64,000 nucleotides of DNA, taken from positions 17,236,001 through 17,300,000 of the forward strand of contig NC_043014.1 in the NCBI RefSeq assembly GCF_006345805.1, given 5' to 3'. The notes below the pieces were generated by a model. The model saw only the letters and a list, made by a program, of their open reading frames with translations. It had not been told where the DNA came from and did not search any database. This DNA is from Octopus sinensis. Lineage: Eukaryota. The position numbers were made by a program, and so were the translations under genes. Shown one piece after another: positions 23,487-36,115 of the stretch (the first letter of the stretch is position 1; each line of letters starts with the position of its first letter).

Positions 23487-26400
23487 AAAAAGCACCATCC
23501 GATCGTGGGCGTTTGCCAGCCTCGCCTGGCCTCCGTGCCGGTGGCACGTAAAAAGCACCATCCAACCGTGGCCGTTGCCAGCCCCGTCTAGCACCTGTGC
23601 CGACGGCACGTAAAAAGCAACATCCGATCGTGGCCGTTGCCAGCCTTGTCTGTCACCTGTGCCGGCGGCACGTAAAATGCACCATTCGATCGTGGCCTGT
23701 TTGCCAGCCTCCCCTGGCACCTGAGCCGGTGGCACATAAAAAGCACCATTAGATCGTGGTCGTTAGCCAGCCTTGTCTGGCACCTGTGCCGGCGGCACGT
23801 AAAAAGCGCCATTCGATCGTGGCCGTTTGCCCGCCTCGTCCGGCCCCTGTGCCAGTGGCACGTAAAATGCACAATCCGACCGCAGCCGGTTGCCAGCCTC
23901 GTCTGGCACGTAAAAAGCACTATCCGATCGTGGCCGTTTGCCAGCCTTGTCTGGCCCCTGTGCCAGTGACACGTAAAATGCACAATCCGACCGCAGCCGG
24001 TTGCCAGCCTCGTCTGGCACCTAAAAAGCACCATCCGATCCTGGCCGTTAGCCAGCCTCGCCTGGTCCCCATGCTGGTGGTGCGTAAAAAGCACCATTCG
24101 ATCGTGGCCGTTCGCCAACCTTGTCTGGCACCTGTGCCAGCGGCACGTAAAAAGCACCATCCGATCGTGGCCTGTTTGCCAGCCTCCCCTGACACCTGTG
24201 CCGGTGGCACGTAAAAAGCACAATCCGACCGCAGCCGGTTGCCAGCCTCGTCTGGCACGTAAAAAGCACTATCCGATCGTGGCCGTTTGCCAGCCTTGTC
24301 TGGCCCCTGTGCCGGCGGCACGTAAAAAGCACCATCCGATCGTGGCCGTTTGCCAGCCTTGTCTGGCCCCTGTGCCGGGGGCACGTAAAAAGCACCATCC
24401 GATCGTGGCCGTTTGCCAGCCTCATCTGGCACCTGTGCTGGTGGCACGTAAAAAGCACCATCCTATCGTGGCTGTTAGCCAGCCTCGCCTGGTCCCCATG
24501 CTGGTGGCGCGTAAAAAGCACCATTCGATCGTGGCCTGTTTTCCAGCCTCCCCTGGCACCTGTGCCGGTAGCACGTAAAAAGCACCATTCGATCGTGGCC
24601 TGTTTTCCAGCCTCCCCTGGCACCTGTGCCAGCGGCACGTAAAAAGCACCATCCGATCGTGGTCTGTTTGCCAGCCTCCTCTGGCACCTGAGCCGGTGGC
24701 ACGTAAAAAGCACCATTCGATCGTGGCCGTTCGCCAGCCTTGTCTGGCACCTGTGCCGGCGGCACGTAAAAAGTGCCATTCGATCGTGGCCGTTTGCCCG
24801 CCTCGTCCGGCCCCTGTGCCAGTGGCACGTAAACTGCACAATCCGACCGCAGCTGGTTGCCAGCCTCGTCTGGCACGTAAAAAGCACTATCCGATCGTGG
24901 CCGTTTGCCAGCCTCGCCTGGTCCCCATGCTGGTGGTGCGTAAAAAGCACCATTCGATCGTGGCCGTTCGCCAGCCTTGTCTGGCACCTGTGCCGGTGGC
25001 ACGTAAAAGGCACCATCCGATCGTGGCCGTTTGCCAGCCCTGTCTGACACCTGTGCTGGTGGCACGTAAAAGGCACCATCCGATCGTGGCCGTTGCCAGC
25101 CTTGTCTGGCACCTGTGCCGGCGGCATGTAAAAAGCACCATCCGATTATTCCCATTGTCAGCCTTGTCTGGCACCTGTGCTGGTGGCACGTAAAAGGCAC
25201 CATCCGATCGTGGCCGTTGCCAGCCTTGTCTGGCACCTGTGCCGGCGGCATGTAAAAAGCACCATCCGATTATGCCCATTGTCAGCCTTGTCTGGCACCT
25301 GTGCTGGTGGCACGTAAAAGGCACCATCCGATCGTGGCCATTTCCAGCCTTGTCTGGCACCTGTGCCGGCGGCACGTAAAAGGCACCCTCCAACCGTTGC
25401 CAGCCTTGTCTGGCACCTGTGCTGGTGGCACGTAAAAGGCACCATCCGATCGTGGCCATTTCCAGCCTTGTCTGGCACCTGTGCCGGCGGCACGTAAAAG
25501 GCACCATCCAACCGTTGCCAGCCTTGTCTGGCACCTGTGCTGGTGGCACGTAAAAGGCACCATCCAACCGTTGCCAGCCTTGTCTGGCACCTGTGCTGGT
25601 GGCACGTAAAAGGCACCATCCAACCGTTGCCGGCCTTGTCTGGCACCTCTGCTGGTGGCACGTAAAAGGCACCATCCAACCGTTGCCAGCCTTGTCTGGC
25701 ACCTGTGCTGGTGGCACGTAAAAGGCACCATCCAACCGTTGCCAGCCTTGTCTGGCACCTGTGCTGGTGGCACGTAAAAGGCACCATCCAACCGTTGCCA
25801 GCCTTGTCTGGCACCTGTGCTGGTGGCACGTAAAAGGCACCATCCAACCGTTGCCAGCCTTGTCTGGCACCTGTGCTGGTGGCACGTAAAAGGCACCATC
25901 CAACCGTTGCCGGCCTTGTCTGGCACCTGTGCTGGTGGCACGTAAAAGGCACCATCCAACCGTTGCCGGCCTTGTCTGGCACCTGTGCTGGTGGCACGTA
26001 AAAGGCACCATCCAACCGTTGCCAGCCTTGTCTGGCACCTGTGCTGGTGGCACGTAAAAGGCACCATCCAACCGTTGCCAGCCTTGTCTGGCACCTGTGC
26101 TGGTGGCACGTAAAAGGCACCATCCAACCGTTGCCAGCCTTGTCTGGCACCTGTGCTGGTGGCACGTAAAAGGCACCATCCAACCGTTGCCGGCCTTGTC
26201 TGGCACCTGTGCTGGTGGCACGTAAAAGGCACCATCCAACCGTTGCCAGCCTTGTCTGGCACCTGTGCTGGTGGCACGTAAAAGGCACCATCCAACCGTT
26301 GCCGGCCTTGTCTGGCACCTGTGCTGGTGGCACGTAAAAGGCACCATCCAACCGTTGCCAGCCTTGTCTGGCACCTGTGCCGGCGGCACGTAAAAAGCAC

Positions 26401-27875
26401 CATCCAACCGTTGCCAGCCTTGTCTGGCACCTGTGCTGGTGGCACGTAAAAGGCACCATCCAACCGTTGCCAGCCTTGTCTGGCACCTGTGCTGGTGGCA
26501 CGTAAAAGGCACCATCCAACCGTTGCCAGCCTTGTCTGGCACCTGTGCTGGTGGCACGTAAAATGCACCATCCAACCGTTGCCAGCCTTGTCTGGCACCT
26601 GTGCTGGTGGCACGTAAAAGGCACCATCCAACCGTTGCCAGCCTTGTCTGGCACCTGTGCCGGCGGCACGTAAAAAGCACCATCCAACCGTTGCCAGCCT
26701 TGTCTGGCACCTGTGCTGGTGGCACGTAAAAGGCACCATCCAACCGTTGCCAGCCTTGTCTGGCACCTGTGCTGGTGGCACGTAAAAGGCACCATCCAAC
26801 CGTTGCCAGCCTTGTCTGGCACCTGTGCTGGTGGCACGTAAAAGGCACCATCCGATCGTGGACATTGCCAGCTTCGTCTGGCACCTGTGCTGGTGGCACG
26901 TAAAAGGCACCATCCAACCGTTGCCAGCCTTGTCTGGCACCTGTGCTGGTGGCACGTAAAAGGCACCATCCAACCGTTGCCAGCCTTGTCTGGCACCTGT
27001 GCTGGTGGCACGTAAAAGGCACCATCCAACCGTTGCCAGCCTTGTCTGGCACCTGTGCTGGTGGCACGTAAAAGGCACCATCCAACCGTTGCCAGCCTTG
27101 TCTGGCACCTGTGCCGGCGGCACGTAAAAAGCACCATCCAACCGTTGCCAGCCTTGTCTGGCACCTGTGCTGGTGGCACGTAAAAGGCACCATCCAACCG
27201 TTGCCAGCCTTGTCTGGCACCTGTGCTGGTGGCACGTAAAAGGCACCATCCAACCGTTGCCAGCCTTGTCTGGCACCTGTGCTGGTGGCACGTAAAAGGC
27301 ACCATCCGATCGTGGACATTGCCAGCTTCGTCTGGCACCTGTGCTGGTGGCACGTAAAAGGCACCATCCAACCGTTGCCAGCCTTGTCTGGCACCTGTGC
27401 TGGTGGCACGTAAAAGGCACCATCCAACCGTTGCCAGCCTTGTCTGGCACCTGTGCTGGTGGCACGTAAAAGGCACCATCCAACCGTTGCCAGCCTTGTC
27501 TGGCACCTGTGCCGGCGGCACGTAAAAAGCACCATCCAACCGTTGCCAGCCTTGTCTGGCACCTGTGCTGGTGGCACGTAAAAGGCACCATCCGATCGTG
27601 GCCATTGCCAGCCTTGTCTGGCACCTGTGCCGGCGGCACGTAAAAAGCACCATCCGATCGTGGCCATTGCCAGCCTCATCTGGCACTTGTGCTGGTGGCA
27701 CGTAAAGGGCACCATCCAACCGTTGCCAGCCTTGTCTGGCACCTGTGCTGGCGGCGCGTAAAAAGCACCATCCGATCGTGGCCATTGCCAGCCTCGTCTG
27801 GTACCTGTGCCGGCGGCATGTAAAAGGTACCATCCAACCGTTGCCAGCCTTGTCTGGCACCTGTGCTGCTGGCAC
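23487..27875 (+). repeat. Satellite array derived from the RTE 3'UTR repeat (heterogeneous ~60-64-bp units, then a homogeneous 56-bp unit)
   Basis: Unit ttgccagccttgtctggcacctgtgctggtggcacgtaaaaggcaccatccaaccg, period 56 (25571->25627); same core as 39700-40200. Confidence 0.97.
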
Positions 27876-28029
27876 ATCTTCACTATCACTATCATGACAG
27901 TAATCATGGCGGCACCAAACAGCTGATAGGTCAAAATTGCGAAAGAGGATTTTGAGGAATACAGAGTATACAGGTTTCTTGTATTTGGATTGTTGAGATT
28001 TCCCTCGATATCTTGCAAACAACTTGCAC

Positions 28030-29137
28030 ATGCAAGTGCTACCAGTTAAAAGCTCCGTATATCGGAAGCTAGCAAGTGTATGGGGTCATCAGGAGAGAAT
28101 GCGCGCCGTTTCGGGGCCTACCTCTCGACGGCATCAATGCGCACCAGCCCCCCCTCACTGATATGAGGCCCCGCTTGCTAGATCAGCTGGTTATGAAGTT
28201 AAACTCAATATCCTTCTAGCCATCGCTCATTGTCTCTTTTTAACCAAATCCAGTGGCTAGCCTTCTCCACTGTAGATTGGATATCGGTCATGGTGGTATT
28301 GACTTTAAGATGAGTTAGGCCTAACGATAACAACAGTCGTCTCACGCTGTGTCCTACAAACCCTCTACATCCGACTTCGATAGGAAAATGTTCCGCTTTC
28401 CAGCCTGCGTCTTCACATTCCTCGAGGTTTTCATAACGGTTTAATTTTCGAGCCCGAGCAGCGTCCATATTATCTTCGTAAGGAACCGTTAGCTCGACTA
28501 TATTTACAACTTTCTTTCTTTCACACCACAGTCGTCTCACGCTGTGTCCTACAAACCCTCTACATCCGACTTCGATAGGAAAATGTTCCGCTTTCCAGCC
28601 TGCGTCTTCACATTCCTCGAGGAGGTTTTCACAACGGTTTAATTTTCGAGCCCGAGCAGCGTCCATATTATCTTCGTGAGGAACCGTTAGCTCGACTATA
28701 TTTACAACTTTCTTTCTTTCACACGACATCAAAATATCTGGTTTTTTCGAAACTGGGATGGGAAAGAAAACCTGGCACCCAGGTAAATCTGCAGTTACCT
28801 CCCAATAGCCGTTCCACTTTTCATTTTTCTCAGGAAGTTTCTTGATCTTCTCCTTGAAACGGATCTGCTGACCTGGTCGCACGAAGGTAATGAACTCTCT
28901 TGATGGTACTTTTAACGATTTTTCCTCGGTGTTGTTGAGATGAATTTGGTTCTTTATAGCATTGAAGATAACCTTAAGGACCAAGTTGTGCCTCCATGTG
29001 TACCTGTTCAATGTTAATGAACAGTTGGAAAGAATATGTTTTAATGTACCGACTTTTCCACATTTGCAGACGTCATTCTCTAAGACGTTCCATCTTACTA
29101 GATTCGTAGGTGATGGCAAAACATCATAACTAGATCT
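28030..29137 (-). mobile_element. Non-LTR retrotransposon with restriction-like endonuclease (HERO-like), 5'-truncated
   Basis: RSSYDVLPSPTNL..W..CKCG..GTLKHILSNC (CCHC), RYTWRHN, KPDI, IVELTVP.E, PIEVGCRGF; GC-rich structured 3'UTR at 28030-28204. Confidence 0.88.
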
Positions 29138-29150
29138 ATTATATTTTCAG

Positions 29151-29374
29151 GGTCCCGGCGTAGTCGTTCTGCTCCGGCTAGGTCATCATCGGGCAGTCCA
29201 CTTTGTGGCTTAAAGGTAGATGCCAACGGCCAACAGATCCCACCTAGTCCTTCATCAAAAGCCTGGGTCGACACACGACAAATTCAGAAACTTAAAGAAG
29301 AGCCAATGGAAATACGTAACTACGACAGTGAGGATGTTGAGAGAATGCATCGTCGACGTAAAGATGAACTTGAG
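29151..29374 (+). CDS. Probable internal coding exon of an unidentified host gene (phase 1 in, phase 0 out)
   Basis: Acceptor atattttcag|, donor GAG|gtaagg; 224 nt = 2 + 74 codons, open: SRRSRSAPARSSSGSPLCGLKVDANGQQIPPSPSSKAWVDTRQIQKLKEEPMEIRNYDSEDVERMHRRRKDELE; non-repetitive. Confidence 0.65.
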
Positions 29375-29394
29375 GTAAGGTTTATATATATATA

Positions 29395-29786
29395 TATATA
29401 AAGGTGAAGTTGTGTGAGTGTCTGTCTCCTCCGATTTAGATTCCTAACTACTCCCACATTTTGCGGTGCAGTTTAACCAAATTCGGGTATCTTATAGTCG
29501 TGATTCATATCGAGCCCTCCTGGGTATTAGCGCGTGTCTACGATGAATCTACGATTTTAAAAAAACTACCATCAGTTTTTCCTATTTTTAATGCATTTTT
29601 TTCGTTATTATATAAGGGAAGTAACTCTCTAAAAATGTATTATTAAATCTCAGAACGTAAAAAGCTACAGTAACACCCCCCTTTGTGGTTAGCCATATTG
29701 AGATGGCGATTATACTTTACATCTCTAAAAATGCTTATATAGTTATTTCCCTTACAAACCCGAGCAACGCCGGGCGATACTGCTAG
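29395..29786 (+). mobile_element. Non-autonomous Helitron
   Basis: 3' hairpin cccg-agcaacgc-cggg (29759-29774), CTAG at 29783-29786 followed by T; the 5' end emerges from (TA)n and is approximate. Confidence 0.75.
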
Positions 29787-29991
29787 TTATATATACAGTG
29801 TCACCAAAAATTTTATACACACACTGAATAATTATAAAGTCGATGTTTATTAAGCTACATTCCATTTTCAAAATTTAATAGAATCGACAAACAGATTTTA
29901 TTTTCAAACTGATGGTCATTCTGGTCTCAGACACTGCTGATGAAGCAAAGCAGTGGAATTGCAAACATCAGGAAATATTTTGTTTGGTATT

Positions 29992-30393
29992 TACTCTTAC
30001 TCTCTTTTACTTGTTTCAGTCATTTGACTGCGTCCATGCTGGAGCACCGCCTTTAGTCGAGAAAATCGACCCCGGGACTTATTCTTTTGTAAGCCCAGTA
30101 CTTATTCTATTGGTCTCTTTTGCCGAACTGCTAGGTGACGGGGACGTAAACACACCAGCATCGGTTGTCAAGCAATGCTAGGGGGACAAACACAGACACA
30201 CAAACACACTTACATATATATATACATATATACGACAGGCTTCTTTCAGTTTCCGTCTACGAAATCCACTCACAAGGCATTGGTCGGCCCGGGGCTATAG
30301 CAGAAGACACTTGCCCAAGGTGCCACGCAGTGGGACTGAACCCGGAACCATGTGGTTGGTTAGCAAGCGACTTACCACACAGCCACTCCTATG

Positions 30394-30434
<41 letters not shown>

Positions 30435-30533
30435 GTTTACAATGGGCTTCTTTCAGTTTCCGTCTACCAAATCCACTCACAAGGCTTTGGTCGGCCCGGG
30501 GCTATAGTAGAAGACACTTGCCTAAGATGCCAC
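29992..30533 (-). mobile_element. SINE family A full copy (29992-30395) plus partial copy (30440-30533)
   Basis: Reverse complement of the family A sequence. Confidence 0.92.
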
Positions 30534-30544
30534 AGTCTTTTGGA

Positions 30545-30860
30545 ACATTTCTTCTACACATTTTGCCAAGACCCTACTCTTTGACTCTGCATCATCTTCA
30601 TTGAGGGCTTGGATGATTCTTGAAATGTCACTTTTACAATAACTGTGCTTTAAAACGTGATGGACATTTTGTTTTGAAATTCCTATCTCCTGACACATTT
30701 ACCAGGTTTTCTTGAACTCTGTCAACGTTTCTTCTGCACATTTTGAATAGTTCCATCTGCCTCAAACTAATTCGAATGATGGTAAGTCGCATTGATGGAT
30801 CTGTTTAAAGCTCCCTCTATGCACCACTTCAAATCTGTTTTCAAACTGCAATTTGCACTT
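30545..30860 (-). pseudogene. Degraded Tc1/mariner-type transposase fragment
   Basis: On minus, across frameshifts: FEADGT, EIGISKQNVHHVLK (HTH-like), RIIQALNEDD. Confidence 0.5.
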
Positions 30861-30910
30861 CAGGCTAAATTTACTTTCTCCTAAGCTTAGTCTGGTTACC
30901 TTAATTATTT

Positions 30911-32272
30911 TTAAGTTACCTTGATTATTTCAATAATCAGCAAGATGTTCGAAACCATCCTTAAGAAAAGTTTGATGCTCCACCTCCAAAACACAGTCTC
31001 TATCTCTGATTCCCAACACAGCTTCGTGCCGAAGAGATCATGCTTGGCCAACTTACTGGTAATGGAAGAATTGGTGATGCGTATCTGGGATGATGATGAT
31101 GCTGTTGACATCGTTTTATTGGACTTTGCCAAAGCTTTTGACTCGGTAAACCACCGCCTATTACTTGTCAAGCTTCAAGCATATAGTTTCCATCCGGATA
31201 TTGTACGATGGGTTGGTGCCTTCCTCTCAGATCGCTCCTTCCAAGTCCAAGTTAATGGTTTGCTGTCCGACGTCTCCAGTGCGAGCAGTGGCATGCCTCA
31301 AGGTTCAGTGCTTGGGCCCTTATTGTTCTTAGTCTTCATAAATGACTTGCCCGACGACCTCACGCAACACACCCTTCTATTTGCCGATGATGTCAAACTG
31401 GTCGCTCCTCGCGGTGATATAGAGGATCTTCGTCGATGCCTCCACCAAATTTGGAGATGGTCCAACGAATGGGACCTGTGCCTGAACGTGTCAAAGTGCT
31501 GTCATCTGCCTGTTGGCTCTCCTCCTGCAACTCAACTTGATTTCGAGCCGGGTCGTCTGCTGCTGGAGAGGACCGACCAGGTAAAGGACCTGTGTATCTT
31601 CGTGGTTCTTCCTTTTCGCCTTCGGCCCAGTGCGTCCATGCTGCCAACAAAACACGCAGAGTTCTGTTCTTGATTCGACGGTCATTCGGAATGCTCACAG
31701 CAGCCATATTCCTACCGCTCTATGTCACGCTGGTGAGACCCATATCGGAGTACGGGATTCAAGCCTCTTCTCCTTATCTCCTCAAAGACATACAGCATCA
31801 CGAAAGAGTTCAGAAGCTGGCTACCCGCATGGTTCTTGGTCTCAAGAATTTGTCTTTTGAGGAATGGCTGAAGACGCTTGATCTTTATTCTCTAGAAAAA
31901 CGACGACGCCGTGGAGATCTCATTCTCGCCCACAACATCATAAGCGGAAAGTGTAACCTCTCGAAAGAGCTGTTCTTCACTCCTGCTCCAGAGCGTCGGC
32001 TGCGGGGTCACTCCGAAAAGCTCTATCTGCGACGATTTAATCTCAACCGAAGGAGAGGGGCTTTCTCCGTCCGGGTTGCGGATCCGTGGATTAAGCTGCT
32101 GGACGAGATAGTGAAGATGCCGACGACCGCTCGGTTCGAAGTCTCTCTTGACCACAAATGGCCTGAACTCTTTACATGAACACCACCCTGTACATAACTC
32201 CATGTCCCCCTACATGGCCTTGCTTTTTGCTTTTTGGGCCAAAAATTTAACTAACTTACTAACTAACTAACC
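30911..32272 (+). mobile_element. CR1 LINE, 5'-truncated, RT domain with frameshift, (CTAA)n tail
   Basis: LDFAKAFDSVNH, GMPQGSVLGPLLF, FADDVKL, LNVSKC; C-terminus DHKWPELFT*; tail aactaacttactaactaactaac. Confidence 0.95.
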
Positions 32273-32275
32273 ACC

Positions 32276-34105
32276 TCCCGAATACAGTAAAGGAAGGAAC
32301 CTTTACTGTATCTTTCGATGTGGTGATTATGTACACCAATACCCTACATGACTATGGTATAGAAGCAATCACATTCTGGCTAGAAAAATACCCAAAAGAG
32401 ATCCCAAGACGCATTAATCACAGATTCATAATCGAAGCACTCAAATTCATCTTGCTGATCAACTATTTCATGTTCTATACAACTTACTATCGACAAAAAT
32501 GTGGAATTGCAATGGGAACCAGAGTTGCTCCAGTGATTGCAAACCTTGTAAAGGGTTACCTAGAACATAAGTTATACCAATCATCACTAGAAAATTATGG
32601 CGCCTCTTTTAATTGCTATTTAAAGGAGAATTGGAAGAGGTATTTGGATGATTGCTTCATACTTTGGACAAGCTCCTTGATTTGAAAGTAATGCTTAACA
32701 ACATACATAGCGATATACAATTCACTATGGAACACAACAGTAAACAACTCCCTTTTCTAGACATGATAATTAAAATAGTTAACAGCCACATAGAAACACA
32801 CATCTTTTATAAACCCACAGATTCTAAACAATACCTATTGTTTGCCACCCAAAACACATAAAAATTAATACACCTTTTAATCTAGTGAAAAGAATCAGTA
32901 CCAGAGTTTTGGATACATATATTCGTGAACAAAGACTCCTTGAACTTAGATCAACACTAACTAAAAGACATTACCCAATCTCATTAAGAAATGATGGCAT
33001 TAAAAGAACTAAGGAAATAGATATACAAATATTAAGGCAAGCCAGTCGAAATACTAGACCAGACATAAAAATACTCCTGTACATTTCCACACATAACCTT
33101 AGAAATAACGAAGCATTCAACATTATCACCAAAAATCTTCCCATCCTCACAGGAGACAAAACAACGAACGAAATTTTAAGCTCACACAAAATTAAAAAAC
33201 GCAAACTGCAACCGAAGTCACTGAAAAAATATTAACTAGCGCAAGAGTATATCCACTAACAACAGAGACAAAAGTGAAAAAATGTGGTCGTCTCAACTGT
33301 GGAACATGACCCAATCTTTTGGAGGATTTAGAATTCCACTTCAAACAAGGTGAAATATTTAAGATCAAATCAAATTTCATCTGCGCCTCGGAAAATCTAA
33401 CCTATGCTGTGACATGCTTACGATGTGGTAACCACTATATTGGACAAACAGGAATATCACTCCCTCGGAAAACCACCATCCACAAAGAGCAAATCCACCA
33501 CCCACAATACAGACAGTTACAGGTTAGTGAACACATAGAAAGGTGTGCTAGGAATCTTAATCCTAATTTCCAAATCTTCCCCCTCTATCAATGTTCACAG
33601 AACACCACAATGCAACAAAGGTTGAATAAAGAGGCAATTTTCATCAATAAATATCTTCCCCAACTGAATATAAACACACAACGTAATACAGAACACATCT
33701 AATCCTTTAATTAACAACATAAACCCCTATACATTTCTTACACCATTCACATTACAATTCTATATCTAACCTTACTACACAAAATCCAGAACTACTTACA
33801 TCCCTTACAAATAATCATTTTACTCAGGAACTATTAGACCTGACACCGTTCATTAGCTGGTGTTCATTCAAAGCAATGAATAGCTTATGACGAAAGCATG
33901 GTATGCTTACTGACTCTTTAATCATCTCATAATAATGTCTTGTATGACTCTTATTACTACCTCAGTTCATCTAATGTATATATCTGTCGTTACCTTTCAT
34001 AAAAAGCCTTTTCTTGTTTACTTACAATGTTCATTTTCGTTGATTTTTCATATTTTCCCCTTATATATTTCCACGTGTATTTTCTATTTCTTCTTGTAAC
34101 ATATT
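32276..34105 (+). mobile_element. Penelope-like element (Neptune-type), RT plus GIY-YIG, degraded
   Basis: GIAMGTRVAP..ANL, WKRYLDDCF, LPFLD, YKPTD, CGRLNCG linker, LTYAVTC..C..YIGQT, H..H, E..FI..Y.P.LN; several stops and frameshifts. Confidence 0.9.
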
Positions 34106-34107
34106 TC

Positions 34108-34189
<82 letters not shown>

Positions 34190-34190
34190 G

Positions 34191-34222
<32 letters not shown>

Positions 34223-34304
34223 GTCCCGGGTTGATTCGGGGTTAACCACAGTAAATAAGGTACTCAATACATAGCAGAGTAAAATTAATTTATTATATAG
34301 AAGG

Positions 34305-34355
34305 AGCTTCTACAGGACTAGAACTGTTTCATTCAAGAGAAATCTTCAGGAAGCT
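34305..34355 (-). ncRNA. Type I hammerhead ribozyme motif (mirror of 34868-34918)
   Basis: Reverse complement of the + copy. Confidence 0.8.
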
Positions 34356-34867
34356 AGTTAGCAAGAATTGTATTGGCATTTATACATTTAGGCAGGTTTA
34401 AAGGGGTGTTGGTGGGGGACTTTTTGGGGGTAGGCATAGCGCAAAATATCATACTTGGGGGAGTGGTCAAGGAGTCAGTGTTAAATTAGATAGAAGAATA
34501 ACTAAAAAAATAAAAAAATAAAAAAATAAAAAAATCTATATATAAAAAAAAAAGGGGAATAGAGTTTTAGGTAAATAAGGAGATTCTCACTTATACCTAT
34601 GCACACATGTATACATACATACATGTATACATGTATGTATGTATACATGTATACATACATACATACATACATTATATATAGATTTTTTTATTTTTTATTT
34701 TTTTATTTTTTTATTTTTTATTTATTCTTCTATCTAATTTAACACTGACTCCTTGACCACTCCCCAAGTATGATATTTTGCGCTATGCCTACCCCCAAAA
34801 AAGTCCCCCACCAACACCCCTTTAAACCTGCCTAAATGTATAAATGCCAATACAATTCTTGTTAACT

Positions 34868-34918
34868 AGCTTCCTGAAGATTTCTCTTGAATGAAACAGT
34901 TCTAGTCCTGTAGAAGCT
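34868..34918 (+). ncRNA. Type I hammerhead ribozyme motif
   Basis: agcttc-CTGAAGA-t ttc tctt gaa t-GAAA-cag ttctagtc ctg-TA-gaagct: stem I 6 bp, stem III 4 bp, GUA triplet, stem II 3 bp closed by U.U. Confidence 0.8.
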
Positions 34919-34973
34919 CCTTCTATATAATAAATAAATATATATATATATATATATATATAACATTTTATAT

Positions 34974-35021
<48 letters not shown>

Positions 35022-35030
35022 AATTATTTC

Positions 35031-35094
<64 letters not shown>

Positions 35095-35277
35095 GGTTTA
35101 AGTAATTGAGATTCAAGTGAATTTTAATGAATTCACATGAATATGGTCCTTAACTAGGATGCACCGGAAATCTATATGGTGTTAACCATACGACAAGTGG
35201 GGTGATTACAAATAGGAAAAAAGCAACAAGAATGGATTAAATAAATATATATCTATATATGTACATACATACACACA

Positions 35278-35311
<34 letters not shown>

Positions 35312-35594
35312 CAAACATACATACATACAGAAATGCATACGCTATATATACACTATATAAATACGGGTGTACGTGGTTTTTTATGTGTTTTTAGACCTAC
35401 GAGCCTCTGAAAATTTGCGTCCTCAAGTAAAACGAATTCGATTTTCGAAATCCGATTCCCAAGGTAATCATCGTCCATAAAATATAATAAATATCATAAT
35501 CCTCCACGTGAAATGACCCAACTTTGAGATCTCAACCTCCCACTCTATATCTTTCACTACCCATGTATCTTATATTTGGCATACTATTTGATGC

Positions 35595-35723
<129 letters not shown>

Positions 35724-36077
35724 GAGAATTAAAAATCAATCATTGCTTTCATTTTGTTTAAAATCTCTCCTACTTCTACTTTATGATACAAGGGTTCACA
35801 CACAAACAGCTTAGCTTCCAAATCTTGTTTTCCAATGGGGTAAAAATGATAACACTTCGAACCTCTGATGTGTTTTCTAAACTTTTTCTCGAATAAATTA
35901 ATAAATTTCAAAATTTCCACATACTTTTCAAATTTCAAATTCTGTGACAGAAAGCGAAAAGTTCGCTCTCTAATTGTTTATTTCTTTCCTTTTCTTATTG
36001 TAAACCTTTCTCACATTTTTATGGAAGTATACCGCTCACACTAAGTGCGTGTCGTGTTCCCAATATGTGTTGTGTTC

Positions 36078-36115
<38 letters not shown>

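Larger units (their letters stand above)
34221..34935. mobile_element. Inverted Penelope-like terminal repeat pair, ~260-bp arms (34288-34546 / 34672-34935)
   Basis: Arms are near-perfect reverse complements; each contains a hammerhead; both ends lie in (TA)n. Confidence 0.88.

Noticed and set aside
23487-27875. Possible CRISPR array
   Set aside because: Units are contiguous with no unique spacers, there are no cas genes, and the context is eukaryotic.
24887-28031. Three overlapping ORFs of 785-1043 aa on the minus strand
   Set aside because: The 56-bp unit lacks minus-strand stops and is not a multiple of 3, so all three frames cycle through the same 56-aa text; a satellite artefact.
28060-28170. 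GAAAC and CTGATGA motifs in the HERO 3'UTR as a hammerhead
   Set aside because: In type II order the stem II closing bases are C and C and no stem III/NUH forms; in type I order the core is CAGTGA. Probably a structured UTR only.
29793-29825. TA-CAGTGTCACCAAAAATT as a Tc1 TIR
   Set aside because: Only one end was found; no matching inverted partner.
33880-33920. Expected hammerhead after the Neptune-type ORF
   Set aside because: Only a scrambled tatgacgaaagcatggtatgct; the core is not recoverable.
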